64,000 nt of DNA from Octopus sinensis (taxonomy: Eukaryota). The position numbers and the translations under genes are program-made. The notes under the pieces were generated by a model. The model was not told the DNA's origin, ran no database searches, and saw only the letters and a program-made list of their open reading frames with translations. This document shows, one piece after another, positions 1 through 13,250 of the stretch. The stretch lies in the NCBI RefSeq assembly GCF_006345805.1, contig NC_043009.1:64170001-64234000 (forward strand), written 5' to 3'. Numbering within the stretch: position 1 is the stretch's first letter; each line of letters opens with the position of its first letter.

Positions 1-38
1 TACAACCAAACGTGCGCAGGTGTGTGTGTGCGCGCGTG

Positions 39-115
<77 letters not shown>

Positions 116-117
116 GT

Positions 118-250
118 ATAAATATAAGAGAGTGGTCACTAAGTGGCTCACTCTGGCACTAGAAATAGATCCGATAGGTTTAAGCCAAACCTATCGGATC
201 TATTTCTAGTGCCAGAGTGAGCCACTTAGTGACCACTCTCTTATATTTAT
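118..250. repeat. Perfect palindrome (64-bp arms, 5-nt loop) abutting a (TA)n tract
   Basis: 118-181 is the exact reverse complement of 187-250; the loop is aagcc. Confidence 0.95.
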
Positions 251-667
251 GTATACAATTTTGTCATAATCCAGGTTTTTTTGTGCACTGGGTCACTTGG
301 TGTTAAATGGATGTACTATTAAATTAGTATCCAATTTTCTCACCCTTATCAGTTTATATATATATATATTATTTGAGGGAATATTATTCCTAACTTACAG
401 AGAAAAATTCAATTTAGAAATACTAAATAAAATTTCACAAAATATTATATATATAATGGCCGCGGCCTTCGGGCTAAAACATTTTAAAGGATTTTTTAAA
501 GGATTTATATATATATATGTATTTATAATATATATATATATATTTAATTTTAATATTTCTATTATATGTAATTTTCTTGATGGTGTAATTTAATTGTTCA
601 TTTTGAATTGATAAAAAGTGTTTTTTTCTAATTTATATATATATATTATATATATTATATATATATA

Positions 668-737
<70 letters not shown>

Positions 738-739
<2 letters not shown>

Positions 740-1182
740 CAGTGTGCAATGTTTTACCAAAAGGGAAAACTATAAATGTCACTAAATACGAGTAGGGCGT
801 TAGAAACACCTAGATTGCTAGGAATAAGAGCTAAAGTCCTCTAATGCTGTAGTCAAAACACATAATTGTATACATGTTTAATGACAGGACCTAGAGTCGC
901 CCGAAAGCACCAATCGAGAATTGCCCATACTGATCGGTCAGTTTCGGCAATTTCCGTTGCCTCATCAGTAAGGACTGGCTCAACTTGGACAGATTCCGAG
1001 CTTAATACTCCGTCAGTATATATGTTTCCACAATAAAAATCTATGGATGATTTTGCGAATCGCTAATACGCATACAGAAAATTAAAATACTCAGCAGTTT
1101 GCAATGTTTTACCTAAAAGGAAAACTATAAATGTCAGTAAATATGACTAAGTTGTTAGAAACACCTACATTGCTAGAAATAA
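738..1182 (-). mobile_element. Retrozyme-like unit: ~355-bp period, 90-bp terminal direct repeats, internal hammerhead
   Basis: 738-827 vs 1093-1182 show about 11 mismatches in 90 nt (counted by eye). A type I hammerhead lies at 924-972 on the minus strand. Confidence 0.6.
909..979 (-). ncRNA. Type I hammerhead ribozyme, intact core
   Basis: The minus strand reads CUUA-CUGAUGA-GGCAA-cggaaa-UUGCC-GAAA-CUGA-ccga-UCAG-U-A-UGGG. Helix II is 5 bp, helix III is 5 bp and the cleavage triplet is GUA. Confidence 0.85.
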
Positions 1183-1271
1183 TTATTTAATCGACCCTGA
1201 AAGGAATAAAAGGCACAGTCAACCTCGGCGGAATTTGAACTCAAAATGTAAAGACGGACGAAATGTTGCTA

Positions 1272-1504
1272 CTCTTACTCTTTTACTCTTTTACTTGTTT
1301 CAGTCATTTGACTGCGGCCATGTTGGAGCACCACCTTTAGTCAAGCAAATCGACTCCAGGACTTATTCTTTGTAAGCCTAGTACATATTCTATCGGTTCT
1401 TTTGCCGGACCGCCTAGTTACGAGGACGAAAACACACCAGCGTCGGTTGTCAAGCGATGCTAGGGGGACAAACACAGACACACAAACATACACACAAACA
1501 CATA

Positions 1505-1563
<59 letters not shown>

Positions 1564-1735
1564 CATGCATACGACGGGCTTCTTTCAGTTTCCGTCTACC
1601 AAATCCACTCACAAGGCTTTGGTCGGCCCGAGGCTATAGTAGAAGACACTTGCTCAAGGTGCCACGCAGTGGGACTGAACCTGGAACGATGTGGTTGGTA
1701 AGCAAGTTACCTACCACACAGCCACTCCTGCGCCT
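1272..1735 (-). mobile_element. tRNA-derived SINE family B (internal TA/TG microsatellite). Other copies: 3030-3327(-), 3460-3865(+), 26180-26584(-), 27360-27770(+), 35445-35832(+), 36283-36432(-), 52236-52640(+), 53238-53537(+)
   Basis: Dispersed near-identical copies starting GCGCAGGAGTGGCTGTGTGGTAAG (A-box-like) with GGTTCAGTCCC (B-box-like) and ending in GTAAAAGA repeats. Confidence 0.9.
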
Positions 1736-1932
1736 GCTAAGCATCTTCTCCGGCATAGTAACGATTCTGCTAGCTCGACGCCTTTATAGGCTTTTGCCAT
1801 ATTGAGCTGTTATGTATATGTGTCGTTAAGTTGACGTCAGAACAACGTCAGGAACGGGAATATTCATGCAGCAATGTATTTCAACCAATTTGTTAAAAAA
1901 CCCTATTTACATTTTCTTTTTTAATTTCACAG

Positions 1933-2117
1933 CTTTGGAACTCGCCACTTCAGGTGTACGTACGCCTTTTAATTTTTGCTTTATGTGTACTTATTCATTT
2001 GGCGCGATGCTCGTACCAGGCTTAGCTTATGCTATAACTGACTGGCACTATTTGGATCTGACTTCAGGTCTTCTATCCATCTTCGTGTTTTTCTTTTGGA
2101 CGTGAGTTAAGTATATT

Positions 2118-2212
<95 letters not shown>

Positions 2213-2246
2213 GTCTGTCTATCTCTATGTCTGTCTGCCTGCCTGC

Positions 2247-2293
<47 letters not shown>

Positions 2294-2362
2294 ATCTATC
2301 TATCTATCTATCTATCTATCTGTCTGTCTGTCTGTCTTCTGTCTGTCTGTCTATCTATCTAC

Positions 2363-2452
<90 letters not shown>

Positions 2453-3079
2453 GGCTAGCTAGCTAGCCAACCGACTATTGTTTTAGCTAGACAACCAACT
2501 ACTGTTCTTGTTAGCTATCGGTCTATTGTTCTACTGCAACTGCAATATTTATTTTTATTTACTTTTAATACTTTTATTTACTCTTATTTGGTAAGAAGCC
2601 CTGTGTGTCCTTTATCTAAACATTCCAGATCTATCCCTGAATCTCCAAGGTGGCTCATTGGCAGGAAACGTTTTGCAGAAGCTCAAGCACAGCTTCTGGA
2701 AATTATGAAGACAAACAAAATCCAAAACCAGGAGGTGTTCAATATTTTTACGAATGACAAAAATTCTTCATCTCTAATCAACGTTCAAGAAGAAGGCAAA
2801 AGTGACAAAAGAGTTCCGCCTACGAAAAAGAATTACAGCTTTATCGATCTATTTAAAACGTTCCAAGTTGCGACCATCACAATTAATATCTGCTGCAGTT
2901 GGTAAATATTTCTTTGTCATATTCTTAAATATGTTTGATTACATCTTAGTGTTATTCACGTTCTATGAAATATTAAGACAAACTGAAGAATATTCTTGAG
3001 AGGGAGCTTGCTGCGTTGCTGTAAACACACGTAAACACACCAGCATCGGTTGTCAAGCCATGTCGAAGGAACGAACACA

Positions 3080-3166
<87 letters not shown>

Positions 3167-6100
3167 CGAGCTTCTTTCAGTTTCCGTCTACCAAATCCAC
3201 TCACAAGGCTTTGGTCAGCCCGAGGCTATTGTAGAAGACACTTGCCCAAGGTGCCACGCAGTGGGACTTAACCCGGAACCATGTAGTTGGTAAGCAAGCT
3301 ACATACCACACAGCCACTCCTGCGCCTATATATATAAATACAACTCTAATGTTGGTATATTTGTGAGTTTAATAGAAAAAAAAATTTAACTGAAATATTT
3401 TGATGTATTATAAAAACATATCCAACATTTTCAATACACAGGATCGCGGTTTCAATTCACAGGAGTGGCTGTGTGGTAAGTAGCTTGTTTACCAACCACA
3501 TGGTTCCGGGTTCACCAGTGGCACCTTGGGCAAGTGTCTTCTACTATAGCCTCGGGCCGACCAAAGCCTTGTGAGTGGATTTGGTAGACTGAAACTGAAA
3601 AGAAGCCCGTCGTATATATGTGTATATATATATGCGTGTGTGTGTTTGTGTGTCTGTGTTTGTCCCCCTAGCATTGCTTGACAACCGATGCTGGTGTGTT
3701 TATGTCCCCGTTACTTAGCGGTTCGGCAAAAAGAGACCGATAGAATAAGTACTGGGCTTACAAAAAGAATAAGTCCTGGGGTCGAGTTGCTCGACTAAAG
3801 GCGGTGCTCCAGCATGGCCGCAGTCAAGTGACTGAAAAAAGTTAAAGAGTAAAAGAGTAAAAGAGATATCCAACATTTTCAATACAAATGAAAAGAGCGT
3901 ATATTTATTTATGTAATACGTAGTTGTTTTATTTTACAGGTGCGTGATCAGTATGCTTTACTACGGAGTGACCCTTAATTCTGTTGATATGGCCGGAAAT
4001 CGTTATGTAAACTTTGTATTAATGATGGTCGTGGAGATTCCAAGTTACTTTTTGTCTCATTGTTTGTTTACCCGTTTTGATCATCGAAAGCCCATAGTTT
4101 TCTTTATGATTTTCAGTGGGTTGAATTGCATCGTCTCAAATTTTGCAACCGAAGGTAAGAAATAATTTATACACAACTGAAATGGACTGATTTTTTATTG
4201 ATATGTCTGTTGCGCAAAATAAATATTTCAATCAATTTGAATTGAGTATTTTTAAGGCTCTATAAAGGTTTTCGCAAATATTTTATGTAAAATACCCACT
4301 CATTTACTACAAATTATGGGCTACAAAAGAGCTCTTAGCTACAGATTATTAAATCCAGAACATCTTAGAAAAACTATCGCAACGAATGATCATATCTTTT
4401 TTTTTTAATATTAACTTTAGGGTACAACAGCGATCCCCACGCGAGACAATTTTTTAATTCTTTCTCCCCACAGACCGGGAGATCATGCTCTTAACAAAAC
4501 ACAATGTCCATAACATGTAATTTATTTATATATATATAATCAGTTCTGTCTGTCTGTGTGTGTGTCTTCTAGGATTGCACTCAAATTTTATATGTAGATA
4601 CCGACGTTATCAGGGTGTGTATAAGTCTTGAAAAAATTACAAAAATCGACTCCAGGTGAGAATGCGATCGATAAAGCCGTGGGAACGTGCATTTGTACGC
4701 GCAAGTACATCAGCTGTTATGATGTACTTACTGGTACTTTAAATACTTCGGTTGCATATCTGTGTGAATAAAATCGTTTTTCTTTGGGATAGAAAAAGAG
4801 TCTATCTTTATATATTCTTTTGCTGGTGTCTCAAGTTTAGGTTAAATCAGTGTTTCTCAAAGGGGAGGCCTATGGGACGGTCGGACAAGTTGTTTTGAGA
4901 AAATTTGGTTTAAATGTTTGACAACTCAGCATCGTCAATTGGACGGGGGCCGTTTTGCTCGTGTATGTAGATATATATATATACAGTACATGTTATGCAA
5001 TTTTATTTTTAATCTTCTATATATATGAAGATATTTCCTCCGTCTGGCTGTTTTTCTCTACAAAATGGAAAGTTACATTGTGAAACATCATTTTAACGAT
5101 TTGTATTTATTTATTTATCACCCGACGAGATACATCGTCACCACCGGATGCTCCTGAACCAGTCGTTGAGTGTCCCACCCAAGAGGTATCGATGCTAGAT
5201 GTGTCGAAGCAATTGTCGTGATTAATAATATATTCTCGTATATTCCTTCTTCTGTCTTTCATTTGCTATATTTGTGTGCATGTATGTATGTATCATATGT
5301 AATATATGTAAGTATATATCGTATGTAATACATATATAAAATGCATAAGCATTCTGCACATTGCTATAGTCTTTGCGGCACGGTAGTTAGAGCCTCCTCC
5401 CCCACGGGTTACAGTATACAATAAAATAATGAGCAATCAATGTGATGGTAACTGATTTACCATTTCTTGTTAGATTACATACGTTTGTGATTGATCCAAT
5501 GCTAAATTGATTGACTCCTCATTCCCTGATGGTTTATTTGGTGACAAATTGAGATTTTATTACTTCAAATGCGAAGGTATCAGATATTTGAACGCTCTGC
5601 GTCAAATTATCATTATATTCAGTTACGTTATAATAGATGTTAATTATATATGAACTAATTTTACACAATATTCATCACAGAGACATATCTTGTACACACA
5701 CACACACAAAAAAAAAACCAGTCGGATTTCACTTTGAGAAAATACCCATCCGGTACACCATTTAGTTCAGAAAGTTTTATTTCATTACTAACAATGCGGT
5801 GTAAGTCAATCTAGATATTATTTTTTAACCTTGTTACTAACGTGATAAGTATGTAGTGAAGCTTCTTGCACAATTGAAGTTTCTATGGAGAATATAACTA
5901 AAAACCTCATATATTTATGTCATACCACTTTTGGTAAGGTACCAGCAGACGTCTTCATGGAGGTAGTGCATAAGGCAGCGAGCTGACAGAATCGTTATTG
6001 CGCCAGACAAAATGCTAAGCGACATTTCTCCCGACTTTACGTTCTGCGTTCAAGTGTGATCGGGATCGACTTTGCCTTTCATCCTTTCGGAGTCTGTAAA

Positions 6101-8362
6101 ATAAGTACCAGTGAAATGCTGGCGTCGATGTAATCGACTTACTCTCTCCCATTAAATCGCTGGTCTTGTTCCAAAAATTGAAACTAATACACATAATGAT
6201 GCATAAGCTGATATAAATTTGGGGCCAAAGATGTTACAAAATAATGTTAGATCATATGTAAAATACACAACGATAATACAATCTCCGGCAGAAATATCTT
6301 CCATTCAGTAAAGTTCGATTTCTCTGTATTTTAGGTTCATTCTGGTTTCCTCTGATATTGGTTGTTCTGGGAAAGTTGGGAATCTCCGCAGCTTATGGTT
6401 CGATTTATCTCTTATCAGCAGAAATATTTCCGACTGTTGTACGGTGAGTTTTATTTAAACTTCTTTTTGAAATAGTAAAAGTTTAGGTTAACGAAATCAA
6501 ATGAAGTTTAGCTAGTTTTTAGCGTGCAGATAGGCATCGCTGCTGTCTACGAGTAGCACTCAGCCATTTCCCTGAATCATCACTCTACAATTCATTAATC
6601 TTCTGTCATCAATCTCCTAGGTTTTCTCGATATTAGTTAAGCTTGCTACAACACATAATAGTTTGTAATGATAGTTTGCAGACTGAAGCGTTAAATGGAT
6701 AAAACATCAATTCATACTTGTTTGTTACACTAATCTATAGTACATAACAGTGTTGAATATTTCGAAATATGTCTTAGATTATGTATGTTTGGAGAGTTCA
6801 GAATCCTTCCAGACAAAACGAGATTTTCTACAGACGTCCTTAACAAGAATAGTAATTCACCACTCTACACACATTCGTTCTTCTCAACTGCATGACGTCA
6901 TTCAATACATCCACCCATATGGGATCATCCGATTGACTTCATGAGTAGTAAAACATTTCTTTCGTTTTCGCAGAGATCGGTGGGGATGGAAGACGGAGCT
7001 GCAGATCCACTTTTCGTAGTGTTCGGTTCGTTTCAGTTCTTTTGAGAGAACTTCGAAGTGGTTGTTAAACATGCTAGATATAACAATATAAACCTGATTA
7101 GGAGGTAAAAAAATAAAAGCTCCTAAATTTGTCACGCCGTTTAGCTTTGAGGAAAATGAATAACTTATAAATGTTTAGTACTTGAAATAAAATGTTTTAT
7201 CGAGTTGGTAGTTAGAGAAGTTACTTTACGGAAAATAAAATTGAGTAAATAGCTCTTCGTCGGTTACGCCGACGAGTGTTCCAGTTAACCCGATTAACAG
7301 AACAGCCGGCTCGTGAAATTAACGTACAAGTGGCTGAGCACCCCCCAGGCACGTGTACACTTAACGTAGTTCTCGGGGGACACAGAATGTGACAAGGCTG
7401 GCCTTTTGAATTACTGGTACAATTCATTTTTGCCAGCTGAGGTCCCTGGAGCGAAAAGTGAAATAGAGTGTCTTGCTCAAAGGCACAACGTGGCGCCGGC
7501 AATTGAACTCACGTCCTGACAATCGTGAGCCGAATACCCTAACCACTAAGCCGAGCGTCTTCGCAGATTAGGCGAGGAGTCATACATTAACAACGTTGAA
7601 GAAGAATAAGAGAAAACGAATAACAGTTGACTGCAGTGAGTTGTCAAACTGAATGTCTTTGGTAGGTTCCACTTGCAGATAACGAATGGTTTAGCTGTGG
7701 CTGGAAGAGCAAAAACAAGAAATATATTCACGAGGGGTTTGTGTTAGTGACTAAACGCTAACTAATCAAGAGAGCCATTATTGTTGTTTGTCTTTGAAAA
7801 TGTAGGCCGGTGAGATGGTTAGCTTTTGTAGATACATGAAAAATACTTCGCATGTGTAATATCTGGGATTAATACAACGTTAATAATTTCTGAATAGGAA
7901 GCTAATTCTATTCAAGAATTTGTCACTGCGACTGACCAATTTAGCTTGATCAATTCTTTATATATTTCCTTTTATTTTGAGGTGTTTTATTGAACATTCG
8001 AAACTATTGAACTATTAAAACAAATGAATAGTAGGAGAATTCTAGAAATACTCGTATCTAAATTGATCTAAATTATTTTTGTTTTCAGAGTAAACGGCAT
8101 AGGTATAGCTTCAGTGTCTTCCCGCATCGGCGGTATAGCTGCACCGTTCATTCTTCAGCTTTCATCCTATGTAAAATGGCTTCCTCTAAGTATCTACGGC
8201 GTCCTTTCGGTAGCAGCGGGATTATTGCTGTTGTTATTGCCAGAAACAAAGGATAGAGACTTACCCCAAACATTTGAAGATCTGAAGAATTGGAAAACAC
8301 AAAAATGTATTAATAAAAAACCCAGCAACGATGGAAAGAAATTGGAGGAACTTTCCTTTTAA
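1933..8362 (+). CDS. SLC22/MFS organic cation transporter-like gene 1, 3' part only (exons 1933-2101, 2629-2901, 3940-4154, 6335-6443, 8089-8362)
   Basis: All introns are GT-AG and phases are compatible. The spliced product contains [47 protein letters not shown] and [12 protein letters not shown], which are SLC22/sugar-porter-type motifs. The 215- and 109-bp exons match genes 2 and 3 in size. Stop codon at 8360-8362. The 5' exons lie upstream of the window. Confidence 0.93.
2117..2450. repeat. (ATCT)n/(GTCT)n microsatellite
   Basis: Seen directly in the sequence. Confidence 0.95.
7250..7562 (-). mobile_element. tRNA-derived SINE family C. Related pieces: 31500-31740(-), 45290-45460(+), 54760-54900(+)
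   Basis: The minus strand starts GCTCGGCTTAGTGGTTAGGGTATTCGGCTCACGAT...GTGAGTTCAATTGCC (tRNA-like head). The core TTAACGTGCAAGTGGCTGAGCACTCC is shared between copies. Confidence 0.75.
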
Positions 8363-8579
8363 ATACATTCTAGAACCTCACTTTTAAAATGTTTCAACTG
8401 ATATTTTACAATAAATAATTTTGGAGGCAAAATCAAATGAGTTTATGTTTTCTTTTGGACATTTTGTGTAATAAGTGCATTAAATATTCGATTTGTTTTG
8501 AATCAGCAGCACAAGGCCTGATTTTGAAGGAATAAACCGTGGTCTAATAAATTATCAACAAAATACAGATGCCGCTTCT

Positions 8580-8817
8580 ATTTCCTATTTCTTTACTACC
8601 CACAAGGGGCTAAACATAGAGGGGATAAACAAGGACAGACAAACGGATTAAGTCGATTATATCGACCCCAGTGCGTAACTGGTACTTAATTTATCGACCC
8701 CGAAAGGATGAAAGGCAAAGTCGTCCTCGGCGGATTTGAACTCAGAACGTAACGGTAGACGAAATACCGATAAACATTTCGCCCGGCGTGCTAACGATTC
8801 TGCCAGCTCGTCGCCTT
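8580..8817 (-). mobile_element. tRNA-derived SINE family A. Other copies: 5975-6185, 22310-22500, 27945-28160, 30851-31215, 34266-34645, 46272-46676, 49845-50070, 53620-54240, 58506-58738, 59515-59735
   Basis: Dispersed copies of GGCGAGCTGGCAGAAACGTTAGCACGCCGGGCGAAATG...GTTCTGAGTTCAAATTCCGCCGAGGTCGACTTTGCC with A/B-box-like motifs. Confidence 0.9.
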
Positions 8818-11023
8818 AGTTCGTCACTTCTGTTACCCTCACAGTTGTATAAGAAAATGTTATTTTGCCAAGTGACCATTTAAAAATCGTTAGTCTATGA
8901 ATTGCATCTTCTTTTCTTTCGAATGTAAAACGTTCAAATTTATGTAATTACATTTTAAAATGTCTCTTAAAGCTCTGGATAAAGACGGGCCAGGCTTTCG
9001 CTATATCTTCAGCATATTTCCCGGTCTGAGTAAGTTGGAGTATTTGATGGGTCTCAGATAAGCTAATTGATGAAGGATGGAAACTTTGTAAGTTCAATAA
9101 ATTGCATTGAAACAGCAGCATGGAATTCATTTGTAATTGTTGCAAATGACTTTCTGAATTTTGCTTTTAGATTTTTACTAGTTTTTCAGTAAAATTTTAT
9201 GAAAATATTCTTCTTTTGAAGAAAAAACAATTTGTATGTATGTTTGTATGTTACACCTTGTTCCTCATTCGCTGTTTTATTGAAAACACAAAAAAATTCT
9301 ATGGATCTAGTATGTGATGGTAATAAATGGATGTCGTTTTCGGATTCCGTGTGTCAAAAAACCTTTAGTTAAGACCCAAATGTTTTGACAATAGAGAAAA
9401 GAAGAAAAAAAAAATGTTGGCCTGTGTTACTTATACGAATTTAGTGATTAAATATATTGGAAAAGAAAATGTTTCACGATTCCTTTGTATGAGCTATGGT
9501 AGCCGAAAGAGCATGAGACATCTCTGTTGAGTCTGTTGTGTGTAGCAGAATTTGGATATTACATCTAAATATCAATACCGCCCAAAGAGATCATTCTATT
9601 AAAATACCGTATAAAGGGGGTCGCAGATGTTTGTAAAATGCATATTTGTAAAGAAGAAAGAATCGAAGATGTTCAACTCTTTCTTAAATTTCCCCCACTC
9701 TCTTACATAAATTTCCCCTACTTAATTTTACCCTACTCTCTTACATAAAGGCTTAACTTTCCCCTACTCTCTTACTTAAATATACCCTACTCTCTTACAT
9801 AAAGGCAAAACATATTACATAATATAGCCTCGTACACTTCTAACAGAACAAGTTTTGGACAGAGTGCTTTTGATCATAGAACTGCCATATCAGGACTGAC
9901 CCTGGGTTAAGCAGCAACAGCCGAGGGAATCGTGGAGCAAGCGAATAAACCTTAAAACAGTTGAATCTATAAACATGCTGGAAGGGGTAGTTAAATTCTT
10001 CCTCAATTATGATGAACAGTTTTAAAAACGGGTGATATTAAAAATTTTACTCCCGCCTAAAAAAAAAAAAGGTTGATGGCTGATCATGGCTGGGGAGAGT
10101 TGTTAACCGTAGAGAGAAATGGTTCCCAGTTATGTTTTGTCTATGGACGCCTTTCGTCCTTTCTGAGTTAATAAAATAAGCACCCTTCGAACACTGGGGT
10201 CCGTGCAATCGACTTACTCCATCCACAAAATGTAGTATACGGTTACGTCTCCTTATCGTTCTGAGTTCGAATCCCGCCGACATGCGTTGAAAATAAGCAA
10301 CAGTCAACTGTGGCAGATTTAATTCTGTATGTCGTGTCTGCTCTCTAAAGGTGTAAGCCTATGACTAAGCTACATATTATTATATAAAACTAGCTGAAAA
10401 ACTGCCATCCGGGCGGTTTTCTGCTGGCATATGTGTTGCGCATATTGATATCATATATATACGTATGGGTATGACACATAAATTATAGAGTAAATTGACA
10501 ATATGTTCATGAATTGAACAAAGGTATAGTTTTTTTCTGTAATCAGAAAAATAATCCATGATACATTTAAAAACAGACGATAATGAAAATTGGGAAAAAG
10601 ATGAGACTGTGAAGGGAAAATGTTCGCGAATCTTCACTTGAGTGGAAAATGGATTCTCTGATGGGAATTAACGGATTACATTTACCAATATGATGAGCAT
10701 CCAAGTGTTTCCCTGCTGCTTTATTTCTCAACCTCGAAAGTACGAAATCGATTCTGAAGTAGAGAGACTAACTGGTACAACGCATTTGCATACGGCGCCC
10801 CCTGACGATGCTGTCGGTTCGCCATGTTGAGGTGGAGCTGCTGTTTGTACAATGACTTTATTCACAAACACTAATAAACATTTGAGTAAACAAACAAACA
10901 ATTCGCAAGAGACACATAGAAAATGGTTCAGCGAATGGGGAATGATTAAGAAAAACAACTGCATCACCACCACGACTGGTCCCCTCCCACAAAATTTCAG
11001 GCCTTGAGCCTATTGTGAAAAAG

Positions 11024-11060
<37 letters not shown>

Positions 11061-11560
11061 TATTATTATTATTATTAAGAACAACAACAGAAACGAACAG
11101 TTTGCCTCTCCAACACCACTGAGTGGCAGCAGATACTTTAGCGCCGCTGCTATCTCAATTATTCATGAGCGTTATGACAGACAAGAAAAGAGGCACTTCA
11201 AAGTGAATGGTGTCTTGAATATATGGAATCATAGGAAGGTTTGGTAAGCATAATAACTGTAACAGTTGCAGCTACAACAGGTTAAGTTCTTAGGGGTAGA
11301 TTTTTGAACTCCCCCGAGAATTCGAGGGTAGATTTTAAAAAAATATATAGAATACATAAAATAGCATTTCAACAGTGACAGAAAGTAGCAGAATCTTTCG
11401 GTTGTTTAGCGTAGCTGTGCAACTGGGGGTGGTGGTGGTGGTTTACAAAAATGGGGAGGATCAGATGCAGTGTTATTTCTTATAAAAGTATTTTTAGAAG
11501 TAATATATTTTCATAAACATTTCATGTTATCTTTAATATAAAATTTGACGAGGACAAATA

Positions 11561-11835
11561 TGATGATGATGATGATGATGATGATGATGGTGATGGTGAT
11601 GATGATGATGATGATGATGACGACGATGATGATGATGATGATGATAATGACAATGATGATGATGATGATGATGATGATGACGACGGCGATGATGATGATG
11701 ATGATGGCGATGATGATGATGATGATGATGATGTTGACGATGATGATGATGATGGTGACGAAGATAAGGACGATGATGAAGATAATGATGATGATGATGA
11801 TACACACACACACACACACACACACATACACACAC
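11561..11835. repeat. (GAT)n followed by (CA)n microsatellite
   Basis: Seen directly; explains the poly-M/H/S/I ORFs. Confidence 0.95.
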
Positions 11836-12129
11836 ACACAGATACAACATACATTTTCCTGGAAACCTTGGTGCCAGTGCGTTTCCAGATAACTGATTTT
11901 CCCGAAGCAGGAGTGGTTACCTGGGTCAACATCCTCTAAATTAGATATTCAATTTACTCTGATAATTAAATCAAATACAAGTACCTAATTAGTGTAATTG
12001 ATATATTTTTATTAATGGTGCACAGTGCAAGGTTACAAGTCTATACAAGGCACCAGTAAACTAGTTTGGCGGCCGTGGAAATTTGAAGCTCTTGTTTCTG
12101 AATAAACACACGATACATACATACACGTG

Positions 12130-13250
12130 GAAATTTGAAGCTCTTGTTTCTGAATAAACACACGATACATACATACACGATACACAAATACACATACGAT
12201 ACACAAACACACACACGATACACAAAACACACACACGATACACAACACACACACACGATACACAAATACACACACGATACACAAACACACACACGACACA
12301 CAAACACACACACGATACACAAACACACACACACGATACACAAACACACACACGATACACAAACACACACACGATACACAAACACACACACGATACACAA
12401 ACACACACACGATACACAAACACACACACGATACACAAACACACACACGATACACAAACACACACACAATACACAAACACACACACGATACACAAACACA
12501 CACACGATACACAACACACACACACGATACACAAATACACACACGATACACAAACACACACACGACACACAACACACACACGATACACAAACACACACAC
12601 ACGATACACAAACACACGATACACAATACACACACGACACACAAACACACACACACGATACACAACACACACACACGATACACAAATACACACACGATGC
12701 ACAAACACACACACGATACACAAATACACACACGACACACAAACACACGATACACACAGACGATACACAAATACACACACGATGCACACACACACGACAC
12801 ACAAACACACGATACACAAACACACACACGATACACAACCACACACACGATACACAAACACACACACGATACACAAACACACACACGATACACAAACACA
12901 CACACGATACACAAACACACACACGATACACAAATACACACACGATGCACAAACACACACACGATACACAAACACACGATACATACATACACGATACACA
13001 AATACACACACGACACACAAACACACGATGCACACACACACGATACACAAATACACACACGATACACAAATACACACACGATGCACAAACACACACACGA
13101 TACACAAATACACACACGACACACAAACACACACACACGATACTGCAACACACACGCACACACACACACACACGATACACACACACACACACACGATACA
13201 CACACACACACACACACGATACACAACCACACACACTCGCACACACACGC
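12130..13250. repeat. ~1.1-kb CA-rich minisatellite (unit roughly ACACACACGATACACAA(A/T), 17-21 bp)
   Basis: Seen directly; explains the 380-420 aa low-complexity ORFs on both strands. Confidence 0.95.

Noticed and set aside
8990-9012. CUGAAGA-UAUAGC-GAAA on the minus strand
   Set aside because: No helix II pairing and no cleavage triplet in register.
9301-9372. MDLVCDGNKWM resembling the SLC22 DLVC exon
   Set aside because: No AG acceptor, similarity stops after a few codons, and there is an early stop; likely chance.
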